Source of the DNA: the human T2T-CHM13v2.0 reference genome, Homo sapiens
Length of the DNA: 64,000 nucleotides
Direction: 5' to 3' (one strand)
NCBI RefSeq assembly: GCF_009914755.1
Contig: NC_060927.1
The notes under the pieces are model-generated. The model saw only the letters and a program-made list of their open reading frames with translations, was not told the origin of the DNA and ran no database searches. This document shows, piece by piece, positions 31,580-50,480 of this stretch (its first letter is position 1; every line of letters starts with the position of its first letter). The translations under genes were made by a program, and so were the position numbers.

Positions 31580-33389
31580 AGGCAGATATCTTCAGAAGGT
31601 ATGAATATATAAAATATTTTGGTTTCCTAGTACGTATAAAAGTTATGTTTACACTGTACTATAGTCTACTGATTGTGCAATAACATTATGTCAAAAAATA
31701 ATGTATATATCTTAAAGAATAATTTATTGCTAAAAAATGCTAACCATCATCTGAGACCAGCGAATAGTGATCTTTTGTTGGTGGAGGGTTTTGCCTTCAT
31801 GTTGACGGCTTCGGCCATCAACTGATCAGGATGGTGTTTGCTGAAGGCTGGAGTGGCTGTGGCAATTTCTTTTAAAAAGACAAAAATAAAGCCTGCCACA
31901 TTGACTGAACCCTCCTTTCACAAAAGGTTTCTCTGTAGCATGTGATACTGTTTGAGAGCATTTTACCCACAGTAGAACTCCTTTCAAAATTAGAATCAAA
32001 CCTCTCAAACCCTGCCGCTGCTTTAACAACTTAGTTTATGTAATATTCTAAATCCTTTGTTGTCATTTCAACAATGTTCACAGCATCTTCACCAGGAGTA
32101 GATTTTATCTCAAAAAACAATTTCTTTACTCATTCATAAGAAACAGCTCTTCTGTTCAAGTTTTACCACAGTATTGCAGCAATGCAGTCACATCTTCAAG
32201 CTCCACTTCTAATTTTAGGTCTCGTTATTTCATTATTTCTGCCACGTTTGCAGTTTCTTAATCCACTGAAGTACGAAGCTTTTCAAAATCATCCATGGAA
32301 TCTGCTTCTTCCGAACTCCTGTTATTTTTGATATTTTGCCCTCCTCCCACCAATCATATGTTCCTAATGGCATTTAGAATTATAAATTCTTTCCAGAAAG
32401 TTTAATTTAATTTTCTCAGATCCATCCAAAGAATCACTAATTATGGCACCTATTACCTTATGAAATATATTTCTTATATAATAAGACTAGAAAGTCAAAA
32501 TTACTACTTGATTCACAGGCTGCAGAATGGATGTTGTGTTACCAGATATGAAAACAACATTAATCTCCTTATACATCTCTATCAAAGATCTAGGGTGAAC
32601 AGGCATATTGTCAATGAGCAATAATATTTCGAAATAAATTGGGTGTTTTTTTTTGAGCAATAGGTCTCAACAATGGGCTTACAATATTGAGTAAACCATG
32701 CTGTAAATAGGTGTGCTGTCACCTCAGTTTTGTTGTTTTATTTCTCCATATAAGCAGTAAGGCTGTTTTGCTCATCATTTGTGTGTTCACTAGAGAAAAA
32801 CTTTTAATTTCTTTTGCATTTGCAGCTTGGCTAACTGACACAAGAGGCGTAGCCTTCTTCCTATCTCAGCTTTTGACATGACTTCCTCAGTAAGCTTAAT
32901 CATTTCTAGTTTACAATTTAAAGTGAGAGATGTGTGACTCTTTTACTTGATCACTTAAGAGTCCATCATGGGGTTATTAGTTGGCCTAATTTCAATATTT
33001 TTTTGGCTCAGGGAATAGAGAGGCCCAAGAAAAGAGAGAGAGAAATGAGAGAACAGCTGATCAGTGGAATAGTCAGAACACACACAACATTTATTAATTG
33101 TCTGTTGTCTTATAAGAGTGCAGTTTGTAGCATCCAAAACAATTACAATAGTAACATCAAAGATCACTGATCACAGACTATCATAACAGAGTGAATAATA
33201 ATGAAAAGTTTTGCAATATTGTGACACTTACAAAACCATGATATAGAGACAGAAAGTGAGCACATGTTGTTGGAAAGATGGTATGGATAGACTTGTTTGA
33301 CACAGGGTTGTCACAAATCTTCAATTTGTAAAAAAAACAATATCTGCGAAGTATAATAAAGTGAAATGCAATAAAATGTGATATACCTA
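31580..33389 (-). mobile_element. Tigger1 DNA transposon, internally deleted
   Basis: Terminal ...gcaataaaatgtgatatacct and internal transposase-derived sequence (QIEDLRQP-like start region, ctttcaaaattagaatcaaacctctcaaaccc). Confidence 0.8.
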
Positions 33390-33479
33390 TATATAAAATG
33401 GATGTAAGCAAGACAAAGAACCATCACATGCGGCAGTATTGTAATAGTGCAGTAATGAGACAATAAAGAAATGATTCTC

Positions 33480-33822
<343 letters not shown>

Positions 33823-35507
33823 TTATAATACACTTTAAATATTAGCTATTTTAGCACCATTATCTAAAACACGAAGACACAAGAGCATTAAATAAGACAT
33901 CAATAATTCCAACAAAATTACTACTATAGTATAACATTTTATAATGTCTATAAAAGTATCCATGATTAATGAAATCTTTTCTTTGTTGTCCCTCATACTG
34001 TTTCTGTCTTAACAGAACTGCTCACTGATATGACCAAGCTCTCTTATGTATTTATGAGACAGAATTTTAATATTTTTGGTACCAGTTCAATGTTATGGTA
34101 CTGAACAATGTTTGTTATGGTATTTTACAGCCCTGAATTACATGAGATGAGAATCACAGGATACAGACCTGAACAACAACACAAGTGACTAGAATGAGAG
34201 ACGTTTATTAGGGAAGAATCCATGGAACTTGATGACAACTTGATAATAAGTTGGATACAGGGAGTGAGGATAATGGCAGTGCCATAGATGATAGTATGGA
34301 GCCTGGAGAAGTTGAATGTCTTCCCATTGGTCTTAGTATACACTTGGGAGTCTTGAGCCTTGACTATAAAACCCTATGATAGCTGACCCTGACTCCTGTT
34401 CTAGCCCCATTTGCTGCTACTGTTCCCATAATTCACACTGACTTCTCAGTTCCCAGAACGCACTAAGCTACTTCCCAACTCAAAGCCTCCAAATGCTATC
34501 TTCACACTATTTAATCCAGTTGTCATGATTTATTTAATGTGTCTCTCTCCCCCACGAGATGATAAGCCCAATGAGGGAAGAGTCCATGCTTGACCTGCTC
34601 ACTGCCTATCCCAAGAGAGTAGCACAATGCATGGCACGTAGCAAGCAGCTGATGCTCTTTGTTGAATAAACAGATTCTACAACCTGGAATGCTGTTTCTC
34701 TCTCTGCTTTCCTTGCTATCTGGTTCACTACAAAGTACACCCCAGCTTCACCTTATGTGAGCATCCTCAGGGATGCCCTTTCTGACTCATCTCTTATATT
34801 CTGTGACAGACTAGTCAGGAAGAAAATTTCTTTTATTGGACAAAGTAATTTCCCTTTCAAGCATGGTGAATTTGAGGCAATAATTAGATATTATGGGACT
34901 ATCCCACATATCCAACATGATTAGGACTGCAAATGAAGATTTGAGAACCAGCTGCATCCAGCTATGAGTTAATGTTTTCTAACAGAGAAGAGATGGTCAG
35001 AGATAAAACAAATGCCCATGTTGAGATGGAAAGAAACCATTTTAATAATGAAAGAATGTTTAAGCTGTTCAGTATTTTAGAGAGGAAAAGATAAAAAGTT
35101 CTGGAAAGATCATTTGACTTGATGAATAGGTCACTACAGGGTCCAGTTTTTGCAAAATGATGGGAACAAAAGTTGGGTTGCAGATTGTTAATAAGAGCAG
35201 CATGTATAGACTCTTTTTTAAGAAGTTTAATGTTAAAAATTGAGAGAAATGAGTCATGAACTAAAGAATTGACAGTTCAGTCAATTAAGGTTTTCCAAAA
35301 TATGGCAGAACTACGCAGTTTCAGGGGAAAAAATACCTATTACAGCGGCGAAGGCTGAAGTCAGTTGAACATTTTGACCACTCACTTCTTCTAGGATATA
35401 CTATCTCCTTGATTTTTACCACACTACACTATCTCTCCTCTTCTCCCATTTTCCCTCTTTCTTCTCTTTCTTTTATCCTCCCTTTCCACTCCTTTCCAAG
35501 ACAAGTA

Positions 35508-35815
35508 AGTGCTGTCCAACTGGTAGCACTAGCCATGTAGCTACTGAGTGCCTAAAATGTATATAGTCTGAATTACAATGTGCTCTAAGTGTGATGAACC
35601 CACCAGATTTCTAAAGCTAGGTGAGATAAAAGTAAAGTAAAATATCCTATTAATTTTTTACATTATTACATGTTGAAATGACAATATTTTTGATATATTA
35701 AATTAAATAAATATTATTAAAATTAATTTCACATTTTTATTATTTTTTAATTAGGTTACTAGAACATAGTAAATTACATATGTAGCTTACATTGTAGTTC
35801 TATTGGACAGCACTG
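35508..35815. mobile_element. MER33/MER3-type hAT-Charlie element
   Basis: Inverted termini agtgctgtccaa ... ttggacagcact. Confidence 0.8.
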
Positions 35816-35963
35816 CTCTAGATTTTCTTATCTATACATTCTCCCTAGGCTTCAGACACCACCTCTAAATAATTGATATGCAAATACATATCTTCACATG
35901 AAACACATTCAGACATCATTGCTATGCCTCAAACCTTCTAGACATCTTCTTTTAGAAGTCTCA

Positions 35964-36265
<302 letters not shown>

Positions 36266-36404
36266 TGTACCTCATACTCAGCATGTGTGAAATCAAACTT
36301 ACTTCCTGCTGTCCTCTTTCTTCAAACCTAATCCTGTTCCATGGTCCAGTCTATGTGAGTGTCATCAACAGCCTCTTGCATAAGCCAGAATTTTAGACCC
36401 TTCT

Positions 36405-36486
36405 TTGAACTCCTGAGCTCAGACAATCTGCCCACCTCGGCCTCCCAAAGTGCTGGGATTACAGGCTGAGCCACTGCGCCTGGCCC
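36405..36486 (-). mobile_element. Alu left-arm fragment
   Basis: Only the 5' 80 bp of an Alu. Confidence 0.8.
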
Positions 36487-38408
36487 AGATTTTTTACAAA
36501 ATGAGAATCTAATTATGTCAGCCTTCTTTATCAAAACCTTCCATGGGTTCTCATTGCTCTTAGAATAAAGACCCAAATTATTAATATTGTTTACAATACC
36601 ACGTATTATCTCTTCCCTGTTCACCTCTCTTGCACAATTTTCCCCAACTCTCTTTGCCTAACTGACCCTCTTGCAGTACCTTGAACTTGCCATGTTCCCT
36701 CCAGAAATAAAGCCTTTATTATATAGGTTCTCCTCACAACTCACTCACTCTACCCTTCCCTGGTAACTTCTCTTCAGTCTCCAGATTTCAGCTCAGTTAT
36801 CACTTCTTCAAGGAAATCTTTCTGTTAAGCAACCCCCGCAACCCAACTGTGACTCACCATAAGTAATAATGGTGATGGTGAGAACATTTAGCATTTATCA
36901 AGCACTTAGTATGTAATAGGCTCTTTTCTAGTGCTTTACACATAATAATGTAGTAAATTTTTAAAACTATCTTTTTTAGTCTCCATTTTTGGAACACAAT
37001 TCATTATAATATACATTATTCTATGAGAAAATTAAAGCTCAGACAGGTTAAGTAATTTTCCCAAGAGCAGCTAGAAAGTGATAGAGCTAAGATTCAAAAT
37101 TAGGCATCCTGATTCCAGAGTTCATGGGGTTAACTGCTACATTATATGATCTTTTCAGACTAGGCTACACCTCTTTATTACAAGTTTTAGATCTCCAGGG
37201 ATCTTCATAATAGAGAAGGTGTAATTCCACAGCATTTGGGTGACTGGTTAATGTCTTTCTTTTATACCTTGCCCCAAATTCTTTAAGGGGAGGTGCAGAT
37301 ACCACATCTACCTTTGTTTATTGCTTAATCATGGTGCCTAGAATTGTGGCTGGCATAAAGTAGACATGTAATATATTTGGGGGAAAGGATACAAAATAAA
37401 TGTATGCGTATATGAAAGAAGAAAGAACGAAGGGAAAGAAGGAAAGAAAAAAGTGAAAGAAAGTGGGTTCCATGTCTCTAGTTATGAATTTCTCTACTGA
37501 GCACAGCTTGGTCTACCACATTCTATCTTGGTTCCTACATTTACCTTAGGAAATCTGACTTTTACTCTGCCTACAATAAAATCAGACATCCTTTCTGGTA
37601 TGTACCTAATGAGTTTAGAACTTCTCCTGAGCAATTACTTGATTATGAATAGCTGATTCATTTAATATTTATTTCAGGCAGAAAATATCAAAATTGTATC
37701 ACCATTGAATAATTTACCCATCACATAATTATGAATACCAAGTTCTCTAATACATCCTACATCCAGCAAGACTGGAGACTACTTTTCATTCCTCTAAAAC
37801 TTCATGGGCTTTTATGCCTCTGGTATATTGCTTGTTATTCCATTTCCAACCCTTCTTTGCTGAGAAAATGTCTATGTATCTTTCAAGGTCAAGATTAAAT
37901 GTCATCTCCCAGTCTTACACAGATGCTAAGCTTAATTGTAGGATATTTTGATGTGATTATACTATTAAAGATATGGCTACAATCTTGTTATTAAGGTTGG
38001 ACTCTCCCCTGAAGAGTTGGCCATTCCTAGTGTCAATTACACAGGGGAAGAGCTAAGCCCTAAACAACAAAAAGGAGTGAGTCTCCTGCCTGCTCATCTG
38101 TCCCTCAGACTCTTGGAAATGGATCTCTGGAGCTGAGCTATGCCAGATGACTAGGAAAAGGCAGCATCTGTCTTTCAGAGGTAGATGTGGAGATGGGTAA
38201 GGAGGTCTCACTATAGTGAACCATAAGCACAAGATGAGCAACTCAGTCATATAAATCAGATTATCACGATCAGCAGCTTTCATACTATTAATATTTCAAC
38301 ACCCTGACCTGTCACAATTGGTTATGAGATGTATCACAACTAAAGTGTTACTAATAATAAAGTTCCATAGTTGAAATATGACTAACTTTTTAAAAAGTAA
38401 GTAGAGTG

Positions 38409-38793
<385 letters not shown>

Positions 38794-38936
38794 TCAGAGC
38801 CAGCTAGCTAGCTAGCTAGCTAACGGGCGATTGTTCAAAACCTGGGGGGCACATGGGAGTATGTCATAAAGTCATGTCACCTGCCAGCTTGCCAGCTTTC
38901 TAAGTAGGGTGAAAGGATTAAGTAAGAACTGTTCTA

Positions 38937-39334
<398 letters not shown>

Positions 39335-39834
39335 TTATCTCTTAGATCTAGTAAATAATCCTTCCTACTCTTCTCTGCTACAGGGGATCATCCGGGCCAG
39401 AGTGAATGTGAATGGAAGAGCAGTGCCTTCTTGTGGTCACCATGGTTTGGGCAGCAGTTGTGACTACTTCCCCAAGGGGAAAACAAGTATCTGGGAAAAG
39501 GTTTGGGGGTTATAAGGCCCATGACTCCTTTCACATGGAGATTTGCTCTCTACTGCAAAATTAAAAGTGTTATTATGGAAAATGAAATTATTTTTACAGA
39601 AAGATTTTCTTAACTCCCCCTGGCAAGTTAAGTCATACCCCATCTGTCCTCCCATAGTTAGGAATGTGTGATAGTATAGATTTTATCACTTTGCATTCTA
39701 ATTACTTGTTTACATGAACACTTCCCCAGTACATTGAGAAGTCACAGCAAGCAGGGATTGGGCCTCACACTGCCTTGAATTACTATTTCTTATGGTCACT
39801 ATGCTTGGCATTGGAATAAGAACCAGCAAATATT

Positions 39835-41706
39835 TCTTTTTATTTAATTTTTAAGTTCAGGGGTACATGTACAGGTTTGTTATATAGGTAAACTTGTGTT
39901 ATGGGGGTTTGTTGTACAGATTATTTCATCACCCAGGTATAAACCTAGTACCCATTGCTTATTTTTTCTGATCCTTTTCCACCTCCTACCCTCCATCCTT
40001 CACCCTCCAATAGACCCCAATGTGTGTTGTTCCCCTATACATGTCCATGTGTTCTCATCCTTTAGCTCCCACTTATAAGTGAGAACATGTGGTATTTGGT
40101 TTTCTGTTCCTACATTTAGTTTGCTAAGGATAATGGCCTCCAGGTCCATCCATGTCTCTGCAAAGGAATGATCTCATTTTTTATGGCTGCATAGTATTCC
40201 ATGGCATATATGTACCACATTTCCCTTATCCAGTCTACCATTCACGGGAATTTAGGTTAATTCCATGTTTTTACTATTGTTAATAGTGCTACAATGAACA
40301 TACGTGTGCAGGTTAATGATAGAAAAATTTATATTAGCTCAGGTATATACCCAGTAATGGGACTGCTGGATCAAATGGTGTTTCTGTCTCTTGGTCTTTG
40401 AGGAATTTTCACACTGTCTTCCACAATGGTTGAACTAATTTACACTCCCACGAACAATGTAAAAGTGTTCCTTTTTCTCCACAACCTCTCCAGCATCCTT
40501 GTTTTTTGACTTTTTAATAACAACCATTCTGACTGGTGTGAGATGGTATGTCATTGTGGTTTTGATTTGCATTTCTCTGATGATCAGTGATGTTTAGCTT
40601 ATTTTCATATGCTTGTTGACCTCATGTATATCTTCTCTTGAAAAGTGTCTGCTCATGTCCTTTGCCCACTTTTTAATGGGTTTGTTTTTCTCTCATAAAT
40701 TTGTTTAAGTTCCTTATAGAAGTTGGATATTAGACCTTTGTCAGATGCATAGTTTGCAAATATTTTCTCCCATTCTGTAGGTTTTCTGTTCACTCTATTG
40801 ATGGTTTCTTTTGCTATGCAGAAGCCCTTTAGTTTAATTAGATCCCATTTGTCAATTTTTGCTTTTGCTTTTAGCACCTTTGTCATGAAATCTTTGCCTG
40901 TTCCTATGTCCAGAATTGTATTGCCCAGATTGTCTTTCAGGATTTTTATAGTTTTGGGTTTTACATTTAAGTCTTTAATCCACCTTGAGTTGATTTTTGT
41001 ATATGGTTTAAGGAAGGTGTCCAGCTTCAATCTTCTGCATATGGCTAGCCAGTTTTCCCAGCACCATATATTGAACAAGGAGTCCTTTCCCCATTCCTTG
41101 TTTTGGTCAGTTTTGTTCAAGATCAGATAGTTGTAGGTGTGGCCTTATTTCTGGGTTCTTTATTCTGTTCCATTGGTCTCTATGTCTGTTTTTGTACCAG
41201 TACCATGCTGTTTTGGTCACTGTAGTCCTATAGTATAATTTGAAGTCAGATAGCGTGATGCCTCCAGCTTTGTTATTTTTGCTTAGGATTGCCTTGTCTA
41301 ATTAGGCTCTTTTTTGGTTCCGTGTGAATTTTAAAATGGTTTTTTTCTAGTTCTGTGAAGAATATCAATGGCAGTTTAATGGGAATAGCATTGAATCTAT
41401 AAATTGCTTTGGACAGTATGGACATTTTAACAATATTAATTCTTCCTATCCATGAAAATGGATTTTTTTTGTTTGTTTGTGTCATCTTTGATTTCTTTGA
41501 GCAGTGTTTTGTAGTTCTCTTTGTGGAGCTCTTTCACCTTCCTGGTTAGATGTATTCCTAGATATGTTATTCTTTTTGTGGCAGTTGTGAATGGGATTTG
41601 GTTCTTGGCTTGACTGTTGGTGTATAGAAGTGTTAGTGATTTTAGCACATTGATTTTGTATCCTGAGACTTTACTGAAGGTATCAGCTTAAAGAGCTTTT
41701 GGGCGA
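39835..41706 (-). mobile_element. 5'-truncated L1PA (about PA10-PA13)
   Basis: ORF2 peptide 40653-41120 and 3'UTR. Confidence 0.88.
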
Positions 41707-42476
41707 ACATGATCAGAAAAGAAAACCAATATTCATTACATTCAATTTGAGTTCTTGTTGTTTTATAACAATCTCAGTTTAAAGCTACTTTTATTTCATA
41801 GTTTTAATCTTTTGTGGTACATAGAAGGCACTCAATATAATATTTGTTGATTGATTTCTCATCTATGTCATGTTAACATGCAAAATGTAGCATGAAGAAT
41901 AAAGCAATGAGTCAAACACAAAGTTGTCTTCCTGAAACTCAGATTTAATGGAGTCAGAACCTTGACAAATTTATTCAAGACCAACTAAAGAAATGTCAAG
42001 CTCTGTAACTTTGCATTCTGGCTTCATCTGCTTTAGGGTACTTCCTGTAACTTCTATACCACTGAATTTTCCTCCCACCAGGCCATTGCTAGACATTGTG
42101 GTCTAGTCTAAACCATAGAGACCCAGAGGGCTCTGGGCCAGTCACCCTTCTCTTTTCTACTTTCTTACTGCACCTAGATGATCTCATTCAGTTCTAGCAC
42201 TTTATATGTGCTGATAACCTCTGATCTGCAGCCTTGTCTTTTATATTCAATTGCCTATTTGGCATCCCCACTCAGGTAACTGATAGGTATCTCAAACACA
42301 ATATGGATAAAGTAGAACTCATATTTTTACTTCCCCACTTCCCCAAAAAGATTATTCCTCTTCCAATCTCCTTCAACTCAATAAATGCTTCTTGACCCAC
42401 TTTCTTAAAAATTGACACAATGTTCCTTTTTAAAATGTAATGAGTGTGCCATTTCTCTGCTTTAAAAATCTCTCAT

Positions 42477-42996
42477 TTGGCAGGCAGAATAATGGCCACC
42501 CAAAGATAACCTCATTCTAATCCCGGGAAACTGCAATGTGTTGCAGATGGAATTAAGTGGCTAATCAGCTAACTTTAAAACAAAAAAATTATCCAGATGG
42601 GTCCAAAATAATACTTTATATGTTGAAGACAGAAGCAGAAGAGTTTAAATCAAAGTGATACAGTGTGAGAATTTTTTTTTTTTTTTTTTTACTTAAGCCA
42701 TTCACTTTGGCTGGAAAATGTGAAAAAAATTTAACCAATCATTTCAGGGTTTGAAGATGGAAGGGGGCCCATGAGCTAAGGAATAAGAGTGACTCTAGAA
42801 TCTAGGAAAAGATAAGAATGTAAATTTCTCACCAGAGCTTCCAAAACAGAACTCAGCCCTGCTAACATCTTGGTTTTAGTTCAGTGAGACATATTTCAGA
42901 CTTCTAATCCCCAGAACTGTGAAGTAATAAATTTTTGTTGTTTTAAACTACTGAGTTTGTGATAATTTGTTAGGGCAGCAATAAGAAACTAATATA
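42477..42996 (+). mobile_element. MLT1D-like MaLR LTR within an L2
   Basis: tggcaggcagaataatggcc...gcagcaataagaaactaata. Confidence 0.8.
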
Positions 42997-43799
42997 TTCT
43001 CCCAATATACTCTCCCTCTCCCAAGTCTTCTCATTTGTTCTAAAAATAAAATACAAATTTCATAATCTATGTTACAAACCCAAAGAGATCAAGTCTCCAA
43101 TCCCATCACCAACAGCTGTGGTCTGTCTTTTATGGGTTCCTCAAATATGCATAGGTGATTTCTGCCTTGAGGAATTTTCACTGCCTCTCCTCCATAACCT
43201 ACCGTGTCCATCTGCCATGGCTGACTTCTTCCTACTCATGTCTCAGCTTGACTGCTCACCTTTTCCTATACATGTTTTCTAATCATTGTATCTAAAGTAA
43301 CTCCTAGGCATTCTTTATCACATCCACCCTATCTTACCTCCAGCATAGCACTTAGTAATTTCTGCTTTTTTCTTCTTCATGTATTTATTTATATATGCTT
43401 GCCTGCTCCCCTCGATTAGAATGTAAGTTCCATGAGAACAGAATCTATAATTATGACAGTAACAAGTAGGCACCGTATAGTATTTACTACATGAATTCGT
43501 GAATAAATGATACAATAAGTGGAAGCTGATTTGTAGTTCTGAATATGAGGACTTTACATAATTTCAAAGAAAGCATAAAAATTTTCATAAATTTGTAGGA
43601 AAATCAGAGTAACAAGAAATGAGTTACATGATTCTTTTCACTGACTCCTATGAATCTTTCCACTGACCCTACATAGTTTCCTGGGTAGGAGCAATATTCG
43701 TCATTCTTCCATTGTTCCTTTGGTGGAGGCTTTCCCCCAGTAAATCCTGATGAGCTCTCCTAAACAAATGGACACTTGAAATTGGTGGGCAATCAGTTA

Positions 43800-44125
<326 letters not shown>

Positions 44126-44549
44126 AACAAACATACAAACAAAAAAACACATCAAAATGATAGGAGAGTCCTGAAAGAGGGATGGTATTATGAAGAAAGA
44201 AGGCTTTCATGCAGCTGCTTCTGGATTTGGAAGAAATTTTCTAAAGTTTATTTTAGTAACTAAGGTATAAAGTTAGCAACATTATGAATAAAATGTCAAA
44301 GGAAGATTCTACAAATTAAATATTGCCATTAAAAAGAGGTGGGAAACGTGCCGCTTTCATCTTCTTATCACAGCAAGCAATCGCCTCTCCGAGGCCCTCA
44401 ATCCTAGCTCAGTTCCCACTTTCTCCATGAAGCCTTGGCTGACCACTGCAGTGGGAATTTTTTCTTCCCACTAAGGATCTTATGTTCAGATTGGTGGTAA
44501 GGATAAATAGTATAAACTCAAATGAATAAAAATTAAAACATTTCTGTTT

Positions 44550-44623
44550 TCTTTAAATCTTATTTTAAGCTCCAGGAAACATGTGTAGGATGTGCAGGTT
44601 TGTTACATAGGTAAATGTGTGCC
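44550..44623 (-). mobile_element. Very short L1PA 3' end
   Basis: catgtgtaggatgtgcaggtttgttacataggtaaatgtgtgcc; aaaacat on both sides. Confidence 0.7.
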
Positions 44624-44669
44624 CAAAACATGGCTCTTAAAATTTGTTTAGAAATTGGAATTTGCCTTA

Positions 44670-44996
44670 CTCTTTAGGTCTCAAAGGAGTAAGGTCTGTG
44701 ATGTTCAGAGGATTGCATCTCTCAGACTGTGCTCTTACAATTTAGTAGGTCTCTGATGTTCAAAGGATTAGGTCTCTCAGGCTGTGCTCTGAAGTCAATG
44801 CCAACTAAATCCCTTTAGAATTATTTCGAACATCTGAACCATTCTCTACCAGTGACATAAATATTGGCATCAACCTCTTTGTAAAACTATTCTCCTAAAT
44901 GATCAAGAAGATAGAGCTTAATTGTGAGATCTACTTTAAAAACTGTTATCAGGCAACCTACTGGCCCCTTTAAAACTCTTACCAGGGAAAATTCAG
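44670..44996 (+). promoter_or_regulatory. Putative OR5K1 promoter and non-coding first exon
   Basis: Non-repeat AT-rich DNA, TAATTG site near 44919, donor CAG|GTGAGA at 44996/44997; OR genes usually have upstream non-coding exons. Inferred. Confidence 0.55.
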
Positions 44997-45660
44997 GTGA
45001 GAAAGAATTTAAAACTTATTTTTGCTAGAAATATTAATGACATGAAACGTTTATTTCTCTAAGTTATTTAAGGTTTTTTTCTTAAAACTCTAATTTTTCA
45101 ATGTTTTAAGCTGGTTAAATTATTTTTAAATCTAAAGTCTATTGTGTAAGCTTTAGACAAATGACTATCATTCATTTGTATCACTTCTGAATTCAACAGA
45201 AGTCTAAATTTATATCAAGAGATAAAAGCACACTTTTATAGTAATAACAGAATACATTAATGAAGACTTTGAAACTTATTTGAATAATGTAGTTTGTCCT
45301 ATTACTTATAAACTTGATGAAATGAATTATTAACCTCTACAATGAAATAGAGTTTAAAATTTTTGTGTTGGGCATTCCTATGTATTAAACAAATTATATA
45401 AGTAAGGACTATAATTTCAAACCAGTCTTTCAAATCCCAATATAATTTTGAGGAATGTTCTAGTTTCTTTTTTATTCTTAGAGAAATAAAATATCAATGT
45501 AAAATTTATTTCTATCTGACCAATGGACAACTGGGTGAACTGAAGGAAATTTTATATTATATAACTTCAAGCTGGCAAGGGCAAGGCAGTTAATGAAAAA
45601 GTTATTCAAATTACATAAGTTTCAAACGTTATTTTAAAAATATTGATCTTAAAGGTACAT

Positions 45661-45985
<325 letters not shown>

Positions 45986-47578
45986 TCAAGTAATCTGAGA
46001 TTTGAAAGTTAGTAATACCTTCAGAAACCAAAAAGGAGAGATCTTCTTATATCTTTCCAAAATGGTTTTCCTCTGTTCCCAAACTTCGGAGTATAGTTGT
46101 GGTCAATGAATATCCAGAAAACTGTCTATCTAGAAATATCTAGGAGGGTCAGTCAACCTTTCAAAGCAAGTAGGTAGCATAAAGCAGGCATCCAATGACT
46201 ATCAGTTCAATTAATACATGATTCCCAAAGTAACAAAGATAAATAAGGTAGATTGAAACAAAATGCTCCCCGATAGGTAAGAACTCTTTGTCTATAAGTA
46301 CATATAATGAGTAGATAATGAAAGTTTTTAAAATATCCCAAAATTTTAATAAATGTGAACACCCTAGAATCTAGGAATACAGTGAAAACACATGACATTT
46401 GAAAGAGTAAAAGTTGACACCAAAGAGATATTGCTTCCATAGAGGAGGTGACCTTAAGATTGCATTACCACATGATGTGGACATATGCCTGAATAGTTTG
46501 AGATGCAGGATTGCCAGCAAATTCCTATTATTTATAACTGGTGATGCCATTATCATAAAAGTGGAGTAGGCATTTGCTCAATGAATCCATTGTAACATTA
46601 TTCACAGTAGAATTGTGAAGTGCAGAAAACATTAGTTAAATTCCCATGATTATTGTGCACTTAATCAAGTTATAAAACACTGCAGACCTAAGAGCATGCC
46701 ATTTTATTTACTTAATAAAAAATTTCTATCCTGATTATTGAAGCAATAGCCATTGCAGACAATTTGAAAGAAATGGAGGAAAATATAAAGCCGAAAAATA
46801 ATTGACCTCTAATTTTTATTGCATAGAAAAAACTAGTAATATTTTGATGTATTGTCATGCTACTTTTTTTAACCTTCATATGTAAGCATTTATTTGGAAA
46901 TTGCAATTATTTTGTTTATAAAACTTTCTATTTTGTTTTTTACATAACGTATTTCTATCTATTTTATCATTACAATAATCTTCAAGGTAAACAGCATTTT
47001 TAATGATTGTACGATATGCCATCGTGTGAATGATTCACATTTATTTCATCATAACTTACTAAATGGTTATACCACCACTTTTAGATGTTTTGAATTTTTA
47101 TGATTATGAATGAAATTACAATGGACATCATTTTATGTCAATCTTTGTAGAAGAGTCTAATTATTTCTTTCTGGTCAATTCATTATTATTGGCCAAAGGA
47201 TGTGAATGTTTAAGAGTTTCTTTAATTTATTACAAATTATTTTCCAGTAATTGCACAAATTTTAGATAACACTATATATTATCATTTCTTTTTAAAAACA
47301 TCTTGCCATTTTAATAGGCAAAATAAATATAGCCTCATAGCTATTTTAAATTATGTTTCTCTGATTAGTAATGAGGTTATAAATTTTTAATTTGTAAAAA
47401 ATTATATTTCCTTCATATTTTTCTGTTCTGCCATTGACCTATTTTCTAGTGATTATTTGTACTGCTTCCTTCCTAAAACACAACTAGAGAAACAATATCC
47501 TATTTATTCCAGTCTCCCAGTTTTTGTTTGATGCTTAATTTTTATTCATGATTTTTGACATATATAAATAAATTTGTC

Positions 47579-49697
<2,119 letters not shown>

Positions 49698-50002
49698 AAC
49701 CTTTTTCTTGAATTTTTGATAGCATTTAAATTTCATGCACACATGAATAATTCTTAATTGTATGCATAAATTGTATTATAAATAACCTGGATGGTTTCTA
49801 GTATAGGCATTTTTTCTCATTTCCCCTAATCTCTCTGTCTCCTCCCCACTTCCGTCCACATTCCTTTTCCTCCCCACCCCAGAGGGGTAAAAATACCTTA
49901 AAAATAGCCTGCTTCCAAAGCATGTTATGTTTAAGTGTACACTCCAGCAGTATTGGAGATAGTTAATTACTAAGAATATACAACTGAAAATAGGCATTTA
50001 AA

Positions 50003-50480
50003 TTTTTTATTGTGATAGAAAATACATAAAATTTATCATCTTAGCCATATTTAAGAGTGTAGTTCAATAGAATTAAATACATTTGCAATGTTGTATTAAT
50101 ACAGCCATCACCACTACTCATCCAGAACTTTATCTTCCCAAACTGAAACTCTGTAACCATTAAGAAATAGCTCCCTGTGCCCACCTCCCACTAACAACCA
50201 CCACTCTATATTCTGTCTTTATAAATTTGACTACTCTAGGTACCTGTAAATGGAATAACAGAATCTTTGTCCTTTTTTGACTGGCTTACTTCAATTAGCA
50301 TTATGTCTCCAAGGTTGATCCATGTTGTAACATGTCAGAATTTCTTCCCTTTTTAGGGTTGAATAATGTTCCATTATATGTATATACCACCATTTATTTA
50401 TTCATCATCCTTGGACATTTGGGTTGCTTCCACCTTTTGACTATTATGAATAATGCTGCTATTAACATTGGCATATAAAA
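50003..50480 (-). mobile_element. L1MB 3' end
   Basis: aaaatttatcatcttagccatatttaag...aatttgactactctaggtacct. Confidence 0.75.

Noticed and set aside
38803-38822. (GCTA)n self-complementary run
   Set aside because: A short simple repeat with no evidence of function.
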